From assembly GCA_964520185.1 (NCBI GenBank), contig CAZFON010000001.1, forward strand, positions 1-24,749: 24,749 nucleotides of DNA, given 5' to 3'. The position numbers were made by a program, and so were the translations under genes. Of this stretch, positions 18,336 to 24,749 are shown piece by piece (the stretch's first letter is position 1; every line of letters starts with the position of its first letter). The DNA comes from an uncultured Planctomycetales bacterium (GTDB lineage Bacteria > Omnitrophota > Gorgyraeia > Zapsychrales > Fredricksoniimonadaceae). The notes beneath the pieces were generated by a model. That model worked only from the letters and a program-made list of their open reading frames with translations. It had not been told where the DNA came from and searched no databases.

Positions 18336-19550
18336 TTATGCCTGGCCGTGGGACATCCAGTTCTTGCCTCCCAATATACGTGCCACCAGCATGCTGCAGA
18401 CATTGTCCCCGATGGCATTCACCATCGTTGCGGGCGGGTCAACAAGGGTGCCTATCATGGAAATAATGGGCATGGCAATGACCGGAAAACCATACAGCGT
18501 GACGATCATTAATTCACCAAGGAATCCTCCACCGGGGATCCCGCTCATCACCGTACCGCTCAAAAGGGCCACCCCCACGGCGGTCATCATGGCCCAAGGT
18601 GTGGAAAAATTCATATGGAACAATCCGAAAAGTACCGCAATTTTTAGGACAGCGGAAAGACAGGATCCGTCCATGTGGATGGTCGAGCCTATGGGAATGA
18701 CCATCTCGCGGATGTCCCGCGGCACACCGACGCGATTTGCTGCTTCCAAATTCAAAGGGATCGTAGCCATGCTGCTGCTCGTGGCCAGGGCTGTCACGGC
18801 AGCAGGCATGATATTGGGCCAAAAGACCTTTAGCCCTTTGGGGCCCCCTGCCAGAAAAGCATAGAAAGAAAAACCGATGAAAAAATAGGCAATGGCTACC
18901 GGATAGTAGATCGTCATGGCACGCACGTAGGTACCCAACAACTGAGGCCCTAACACACCGATGAGATAGGCAAAATACGCTCCCAATCCGACAGGCGCAT
19001 ACAACATGATATAGCCAATGGCTTTCATCATCACTTCATTGCCGGACAACAAGAAAGAAGTGAACGCTTTTGATCTTTCTCCCAAACTGCAGGCGCTAAG
19101 ACCTATCAACACGGCAAAGATGATCAGGGCCAGCATGTTCTTTTTGGAAAAAAGATCAGCAAAATCAGCAACCGTGAATGCCTTGACGATCTGTTCGGAA
19201 ACATTTAACTGTTGGAAATGCACATCAGCCGGTAAATGGATATTAATGCCTTCTGCCGGAGGGTAAACCTTTACCGCTATCAACATGACCACTGAGGCGA
19301 ATATACCGGTCACGGTAAAAACTATCATCATCCAGCTGATGATCCTGCCCAGCCGCTTCAGGTTGTTCATGGCCGCTATTGCCGATGAAATGGAGAAAAA
19401 AACCAGCGGCACTACGATGGTAAAAAGTAAGTTTAGGAAAATATCGCCAAAAGGCTTGAAGCAAACTGCTTTTTCTTTAAAGACCAGCCCCAACAAGCAC
19501 CCTATCGCGATAGCGCCAAGCAGGACCAAGGAGGAGCGAAAATGTTTCAT
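18336..19550 (-). CDS. Dicarboxylate/amino acid:cation symporter (DAACS, GltP/SstT family); likely start MKHFR at 19550
   Basis: FKPFGDIFLNLL, ALATSSSMATIP, IPIGSTIHMDGS, DPPATMVNAIGD. ATGA overlap with the Nudix stop. Confidence 0.93.
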   Translation of the reverse strand: MKHFRSSLVLLGAIAIGCLLGLVFKEKAVCFKPFGDIFLNLLFTIVVPLVFFSISSAIAAMNNLKRLGRIISWMMIVFTVTGIFASVVMLIAVKVYPPAEGINIHLPADVHFQQLNVSEQIVKAFTVADFADLFSKKNMLALIIFAVLIGLSACSLGERSKAFTSFLLSGNEVMMKAIGYIMLYAPVGLGAYFAYLIGVLGPQLLGTYVRAMTIYYPVAIAYFFIGFSFYAFLAGGPKGLKVFWPNIMPAAVTALATSSSMATIPLNLEAANRVGVPRDIREMVIPIGSTIHMDGSCLSAVLKIAVLFGLFHMNFSTPWAMMTAVGVALLSGTVMSGIPGGGFLGELMIVTLYGFPVIAMPIISMIGTLVDPPATMVNAIGDNVCSMLVARILGGKNWMSHGQA

Positions 19551-20038
19551 AACCATCCCAGAAAGACAAAAGTACAAATGCTCTTAGCATCCCTGAGTTC
19601 GCCCTGGTCCATGAGTTTTCGGATCTGACTTTTTGTCATAGGGATAGTCTCAATGACCTCATATTCTTCCGGTTGGGCCTGGGTCATCGTCAGGCCCTCA
19701 GCTTTAAAGATATGGATTATCTCCGTCGAGTATCCGGGTACCGGATAAATATAACCCAATTTAGCCAACTTCCTGCATTTAAGGCCGGTCTCTTCACATA
19801 GTTCCCTGCGGGCACAAGTAATGATCTTCTCGTTGGGATCAATGGTGCCCGCCGGCAATTCATATATATATTTATTTAGCGCCGGCCGGAATTGGCGCAT
19901 CATCACCACGGTATTCTTGTTTAAGAGCGGGGCGATGATAACGGCGCCGGGATGGGTGATCACCGTGATACGGACGGTACGGCCGTTGGGGAGCTTTACC
20001 GGATGGTTTCTTTTGATTTCAAGTTTACGTCTTGCCAT
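19547..20038 (-). CDS. Nudix hydrolase (ADP-ribose pyrophosphatase NudF-like)
   Basis: Intact Nudix box GTIDPNEKIITCARRELCEETGL, HPGAV, RQFRP..IYELPAG. Confidence 0.9.
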   Translation of the reverse strand: MARRKLEIKRNHPVKLPNGRTVRITVITHPGAVIIAPLLNKNTVVMMRQFRPALNKYIYELPAGTIDPNEKIITCARRELCEETGLKCRKLAKLGYIYPVPGYSTEIIHIFKAEGLTMTQAQPEEYEVIETIPMTKSQIRKLMDQGELRDAKSICTFVFLGWL

Positions 20039-20623
20039 TTATACCACCGGGAGGGTTTGGGCCATGCTGGGGCGCCTGGAAATTTCCTCAAACCATTGCA
20101 ACAGTTTTCCCTGTGCCTTCAGGTGAGGCAGGCGGAAATGGAGATACCCCATGGCTGAAGCAACGGCGAGGGGTGCCAGGTTGAATTCTTTAAGCTTGGA
20201 CAAATGTTGCTCGATATATGCATAGGCTGACCGGATATTTTTCTCCTGGCCAGCGATAAAATCCTCATGGAAATCCTTAGGGTGCCGGACCTTCTCCATA
20301 TAAAGGTTGATGGCCGTGACCATTAAATCATCGGCAAAGGCCTCCCATTTCAACACCTCAAGACGCAAGCGTTCTTGCCGGGGGATCATGATAACCTTAT
20401 CATCAAGGTTGTCTAAGTATTGACAGATGATCGGGCTATCATAGATCGTGGTACCGTCATCTAAAACCAGGGTGGGGACCTTGCCCAAAGGATTGGCCAA
20501 AAGCAACCGTTGTGATTTTTGTTGCAGGTCTTCATCGATCAGATCCAAAACAATGTTTTTCTCCAAAGCGATCACCCTGGGTTTGCGGGCGAAGGGAGAA
20601 CGTTTTGTATAAAGTAATTTCAT
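20039..20623 (-). CDS. Glutathione S-transferase family protein
   Basis: MKLLYTKRSPFARK, NPLGKVPTL, YDSPII; all-helical C-terminal domain. Confidence 0.9.
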   Translation of the reverse strand: MKLLYTKRSPFARKPRVIALEKNIVLDLIDEDLQQKSQRLLLANPLGKVPTLVLDDGTTIYDSPIICQYLDNLDDKVIMIPRQERLRLEVLKWEAFADDLMVTAINLYMEKVRHPKDFHEDFIAGQEKNIRSAYAYIEQHLSKLKEFNLAPLAVASAMGYLHFRLPHLKAQGKLLQWFEEISRRPSMAQTLPVV

Positions 20624-20659
20624 ATCCAACCCTCTCTTTTTTCCATCATTCTATAATAG

Positions 20660-22063
20660 TTACGGCTGAAGTTCTATCATTACCCACGAAGCATTATCCA
20701 ATGGAAAATTACCCAACGAAGTCCTGGCACTAGTCAATATCTTCTGCGGATCGCCCAGCAATTTCAAAGGCACCTTGATGGTAATATCATTGGATGTCCT
20801 GCCCACCCATACCGCGTTCTGATTCAAGCGTTTATTCTGGTCATAGACATTGTAACTTAGAACGCCCAGGCGCACATGGATCTTGGGGATCTGCCCAAAA
20901 GGCGTTTTGTTACTATAGCCGAAAAAATAAATGGAGGCTTCCACGTCCTGGGCCAGGGGTTTGGAAAGCCCGATGGTAACAATAAGGTTATCGGGCTCCC
21001 AGCGTAAAGATTTCCAGTCGACCCCCACAAAGGCGGAGCGCTCCTGTTCATTTAATTCTTCGGGGATCTCCGGAGTGTTCATCAATTTCTTTTGCCCGGA
21101 AATAACGGCAATGCTTTGGTCCAAATGCAGCTTCAAGGGCGGGATATCGCCGAATATCTCATTGAATTTAACAAAGGATAACAGGTATCTGGGAGAAGAA
21201 AAATACTGGGTCTTATGGGCGCCCAAGGCTTTTTTCTTGGTGGCCAACTGCAATGGGGTCAGATGATACTGACTCCATATTTCATCCGTTCCCAAAGCCG
21301 GCGGCGGGGTCAATTCCAACTCAGGATGAAAGCCTTTGGGTTTGGGCCATGTCAGGTAATGAACCAGATAGGGATATAACTCAACATCCTTGTCCATCCC
21401 CTCATCCCAAAGGGCCACGTGCAAATACAAATAAAAAGCCAGATGGTCGCCGTTATGGTCCGCCGGATGGGAAACAAAAACTTTAGTCGGCTTGAAATCC
21501 TTGAGCACAGACCTTAAATCTCCAACGATCTCTTCGCCTTTATAGGGAGCATTGAAACGGTAGGCGCTTTTATAGGGCACAGCTGTCACACGGGTCAGAA
21601 GGCTCCTGTACGGGGGCCTCTTGTCCCAGTGATAATACCAAATATTCAAGGTGCCGAAATCCGGATAGCCCAGGAAGATCAAATTCTCCGGCCCCACGCC
21701 CAAAATGCGTGAAGCATTCACGGCTTCATCGTGCCGCACCAAGCCCATGGTCTCAACGGCACCCGGGAATACCACCGGATGCTTGCGATAAAGGAGAAAG
21801 GACCATTGATTGCTGTCACCATAGGTCAAAAAAACAATTTTGACCGGGAGGTTCATGGCCACGGCCTGTTGGATCACTCCGCCGGCACCCAACACTTCGT
21901 CATCGGGATGAGGGGCCAACACCAGGATACGGTCCGCTGGATTTAAGACCACCTTGCCCATCTTGACCCCATCGACTAAAACAGCGGCCTGCAAGGAGCC
22001 CTCAGGGGCAAAGGCCAGCAAAAAAATCACCGCCGTACTAATGGCTTGAAACTGTTTTAACAT
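20660..22063 (-). CDS. PIG-L/LmbE-family metal-dependent deacetylase with predicted signal peptide and extra C-terminal domain (start 22063 or 22099)
   Basis: LAPHPDDE, LTYGD, VRHDEA, FLGYPD, HPADHNGDH; N-terminus MLKQFQAISTAVIFLLAFAPEGSLQA. Confidence 0.88.
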   Translation of the reverse strand: MLKQFQAISTAVIFLLAFAPEGSLQAAVLVDGVKMGKVVLNPADRILVLAPHPDDEVLGAGGVIQQAVAMNLPVKIVFLTYGDSNQWSFLLYRKHPVVFPGAVETMGLVRHDEAVNASRILGVGPENLIFLGYPDFGTLNIWYYHWDKRPPYRSLLTRVTAVPYKSAYRFNAPYKGEEIVGDLRSVLKDFKPTKVFVSHPADHNGDHLAFYLYLHVALWDEGMDKDVELYPYLVHYLTWPKPKGFHPELELTPPPALGTDEIWSQYHLTPLQLATKKKALGAHKTQYFSSPRYLLSFVKFNEIFGDIPPLKLHLDQSIAVISGQKKLMNTPEIPEELNEQERSAFVGVDWKSLRWEPDNLIVTIGLSKPLAQDVEASIYFFGYSNKTPFGQIPKIHVRLGVLSYNVYDQNKRLNQNAVWVGRTSNDITIKVPLKLLGDPQKILTSARTSLGNFPLDNASWVMIELQP

Positions 22064-22697
22064 ATAATAGCGAATGATAATGTTCCTCTTTCCCTTCACG
22101 GATCTGGATCATCGGATAACGTTCACGGACCACAAAACCATGGGCACTGAAAAAAGCAGCAGCGGCTGTATTGGCCTCATGGACAGACGCCGCTAATTCA
22201 ACGATGTGGGCACGGGATGCATGCTGCTCCAAGGCTTTTAATAAACCCTGCCCTACCTTGCGGCCACGAAAATCTTCAGCAATACCGATATGCAAATGCC
22301 CTTGATGGCTATGAAAGGAACTTTTACGCCAGACAAGGAGCCTGCGCCAATTCTTTAATGCCCCTTGCAGGAGCTGACGGATCTCAGCCTTAAAAAAAAT
22401 ACCTCTTTTAAAAGCTTTGATAAGCAAAGCCGGCATCATCAGCCAAAAGACCACCAGCCCGTAACGGCGGTTGTCTAAGCAGCCGTTGATATAACCTATC
22501 AGACGGCCGTCGCATTCGGCCACAAAACTCGATCCAGGCTCAAAATCCGTATAATATTTAGTGAGCAGGTCCGCGGCCACTTCCCGGTTCGGGAAAAAAC
22601 TTTCAATACGCCCCCCCCGGTCCGCCACGTCGCAGCAAAGTTGGCGTAAGGCTTGCCGGTCTCCCGTGCTATATAGTCTAATATTTATTTTAAACAT
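22038..22697 (-). CDS. GNAT-family N-acetyltransferase
   Basis: FVAECDGRLIGYING, acetyl-CoA motif HLHIGIAEDFRGRKVGQGLL, NTAAAAFFSAHGF. Confidence 0.85.
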   Translation of the reverse strand: MFKINIRLYSTGDRQALRQLCCDVADRGGRIESFFPNREVAADLLTKYYTDFEPGSSFVAECDGRLIGYINGCLDNRRYGLVVFWLMMPALLIKAFKRGIFFKAEIRQLLQGALKNWRRLLVWRKSSFHSHQGHLHIGIAEDFRGRKVGQGLLKALEQHASRAHIVELAASVHEANTAAAAFFSAHGFVVRERYPMIQIREGKEEHYHSLLYVKTVSSH

Positions 22698-22726
22698 AAA
22701 AATTTATGAGAGAATAGTAAATACTT

Positions 22727-23416
22727 ATGTTTTTCACATTAAAAATAATCATACCTCTCATCTTCAGTCTCCTGGTTCCTTTGCCCCTGGCCTTGGCCCA
22801 GAACAATCTTATTGACCGTATCCAGCACATGGAAAAGTCCATCGTTACGGTCCAGACGGAATTGACCAGAATGATGCAAACAGAACCACCCCGGGCAGCC
22901 ACCTATTATCGCACGGCTGCCGGCCTGGTCATCGACTCTTCCGGCATTATTGTAACAAATACGCACACGATTATACATGCTCCTTTTATTTTTGTGATCC
23001 TGCGCGATGGCACCAAATTGCCGGCGCAGGTGCTCTTTGCTTCGGGAGAATATGATTTCAGCTTCCTTAAGGTCCAACCTCCCCATCGCCTTGCACACGT
23101 ACAATGGGCGGATTCCTCGCAGGTGAATATCGGTGACGAGATCATCGCCGTAGGAAACTCCGACTATAATAACCAATCCATCATGGGAGGCAGGGTCAAG
23201 AGCATTCTTCAGAGCCGATCATCGATGACCAGTGATTTTTTTGAACTGGACCTTGACCTAAATCACGGCGATAGCGGCGGCCCCATCCTCGACGCCAATG
23301 GAAGGCTTCTGGGGATGATCATGGCCAAGCGGGAGTCCCAGGAAAACTCAAGCATTGCGATTGCTTCAAACAAAATACGACAGCAATATTTGCAATTAAA
23401 AGAAAATAGGGGATAA
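22727..23416 (+). CDS. Secreted trypsin-like serine protease (S1C-like) without PDZ domain
   Basis: Signal peptide; catalytic triad motifs VTNTHT, YDFSFL, GDSGGP; stops shortly after the protease domain. Confidence 0.9.
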   Translation: MFFTLKIIIPLIFSLLVPLPLALAQNNLIDRIQHMEKSIVTVQTELTRMMQTEPPRAATYYRTAAGLVIDSSGIIVTNTHTIIHAPFIFVILRDGTKLPAQVLFASGEYDFSFLKVQPPHRLAHVQWADSSQVNIGDEIIAVGNSDYNNQSIMGGRVKSILQSRSSMTSDFFELDLDLNHGDSGGPILDANGRLLGMIMAKRESQENSSIAIASNKIRQQYLQLKENRG

Positions 23417-23425
23417 TTCCTTCTG

Positions 23426-24749
23426 ATGAATAAACAATCTAAATTTTGGCCATGGATGCTGGCTTTTGTAGTACTGGCCGTCTTAAGTTCTTACATACGC
23501 CTATACCCCCTGCGTGTACACTTGTGGGACGATAGCCGCGACCAGGCGACCCTGTTGGTGATCACCAACCTTAAGCAGGCCCTTTTGAAACAAATCCTCA
23601 GCCAAGTCCCGAACATGCCCCCTGCTTATGCCAATCATTTGGCGGATGAGAAACTCAATGAAACCATGCATGTGCACCGCCAAAAAGTCATGGATACCAT
23701 TGACCGCGTTGCCATCAGCCTGTCCCATCAACCCGGTGCCAAACCCCAGAAAGTATATCTCCTGGAATCAGATGGTTATGATTTTTATAATTTGACAGAA
23801 AATATTACCAGGAAAGGCAGCATCGCGGACATCATTAAAGGAAGCAAGTATTTTAACCCCCTGATGGTCGCTCCCTTTGGTTTTTGGCAGCCCTTTACCC
23901 TGCATCCTTACTGGGGTTTTATCATTTACAAATTTCTGAGCATTTTACATCCCACCATCCCCCTGATGAAGGCTGTGGCCTGCACTCCCCTGTTTACCTA
24001 TCTTTTTATCATCGCAGCCTCTTTATGGGTTTGCCGGATACTTGGATTTTCCGCGGTCTCTTCCTTTTTAGGGACTTTGTTCCTAGTCATGGCCCCTATT
24101 AATTTAAAACGAGGCGCCCTGGGATGGTACCGTACAGACCCCTATGCTGTTTTATTCCCTTTATTATTACTAGGGTGCCTTATTCTAGCTTTAAGAGCTG
24201 TCTCCAAAAAAGAAACCTGCCTTTGGGCAGTGATGTTCGGGCTTATCCTCTCTGTCTTCGCGCTGTTTTGGCAAGGCTGGGTCTTATTATTCTTTATCGG
24301 TATGGCCTGCGCTTTGGGAGTGGCCGCCTATAATTTCTTTATCTTAAAAGACAAAGCCCATGCCCGGCATAATTTACTGTTCATCGGCCTCTTCATGGCC
24401 GCGAGCTTCCTGCTCGTAGGCCTGTTCTTCTCTTTTCAGGATTTCTTTATCCTCTTTAAGGAAGCTTTCTGGGAATTAAAGAAATTCACCCATCGCGGCC
24501 TTGATCTGTGGCCGAATTTGTTCATGGCCGTCGGAGAATTAAAAAAGCCGGGCTGGGGAAGCATTCTGTCCCTGGGAAGCGTCACCACCCCGGGCGGCGC
24601 TCCGGATTTCTGGCCGGATGTCAGTCTTATCCTGGTAGCCTCGGTTGGCTGGGTTCTTTCTTTCAAACAGGCCTTTAAAAATTTTCGTCAGACCTATGCC
24701 ATTGATGTGTTGGTGATAACCATTTTTCTCGTAATAACCATGACCCTAA
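23426..24749 (+). CDS. STT3/PglB/AglB-family oligosaccharyltransferase, N-terminal 441 aa; runs off the right edge; not in ORF track
   Basis: Manual translation open from ATG 23426 to the window end: MNKQSKFWPWMLAF.., YLLESDGYDFY (D116), KRGALGWYRTDPY (R229..D238), WPNLFMAVGELKK (E371), many TM helices. The WWDYG motif expected further downstream cannot be seen. Confidence 0.87.
   Translation, partial: MNKQSKFWPWMLAFVVLAVLSSYIRLYPLRVHLWDDSRDQATLLVITNLKQALLKQILSQVPNMPPAYANHLADEKLNETMHVHRQKVMDTIDRVAISLSHQPGAKPQKVYLLESDGYDFYNLTENITRKGSIADIIKGSKYFNPLMVAPFGFWQPFTLHPYWGFIIYKFLSILHPTIPLMKAVACTPLFTYLFIIAASLWVCRILGFSAVSSFLGTLFLVMAPINLKRGALGWYRTDPYAVLFPLLLLGCLILALRAVSKKETCLWAVMFGLILSVFALFWQGWVLLFFIGMACALGVAAYNFFILKDKAHARHNLLFIGLFMAASFLLVGLFFSFQDFFILFKEAFWELKKFTHRGLDLWPNLFMAVGELKKPGWGSILSLGSVTTPGGAPDFWPDVSLILVASVGWVLSFKQAFKNFRQTYAIDVLVITIFLVITMTL

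Noticed and set aside
23501-24666. Short track ORFs (23501-23731 -, 23884-24102 +, 24124-24333 +, 24436-24666 -)
   Set aside because: Off-frame or antisense to the uninterrupted OST frame starting at 23426; the track misses that frame only because it has no stop inside the window.
1-24749. tRNA, rRNA, CRISPR array, IS/integrase, intrinsic terminators, alternative genetic code
   Set aside because: No intergenic space or repeat structure for them, no transposase-like ORF, no hairpin plus U-tract noticed, and TGA acts as a stop at several tight gene junctions.

Overview
Gene-dense bacterial window (standard genetic code, no tRNA/rRNA, CRISPR array or mobile element seen). Bases 1-22697 are coded entirely on the minus strand, with mostly overlapping or abutting genes. 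Read in transcription order (right to left): GNAT acetyltransferase, exported PIG-L/LmbE deacetylase, GST, Nudix hydrolase, DAACS symporter, an unlisted 57-aa membrane ORF, a surface-glycosylation block (GT-C, GT2-TM-GT2, GT31-like, DUF3405-like, GT14-like, GT-C, FAD oxidoreductase), L,D-transpeptidase-like lipoprotein, small membrane protein, elbB, OmpR-family regulator plus sensor kinase, and a small secreted protein preceded by three 11-bp-periodic direct repeats. A perfect sigma70 promoter then precedes leuC-leuD-ilvD-aroC-SDR (partial). Divergently on the plus strand lie a PDZ-less trypsin-like protease and, absent from the ORF track because it runs off the window, an STT3/PglB-type oligosaccharyltransferase (OST). 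In this OST one canonical metal-ligand Asp is replaced by Arg and the Arg that enforces the bacterial -2 acidic sequon appears absent. The best candidate for an undescribed system is this atypical OST together with the neighbouring glycosylation block. Family assignments come from motif recognition by eye, not database searches. Taxonomy cannot be determined from the window.
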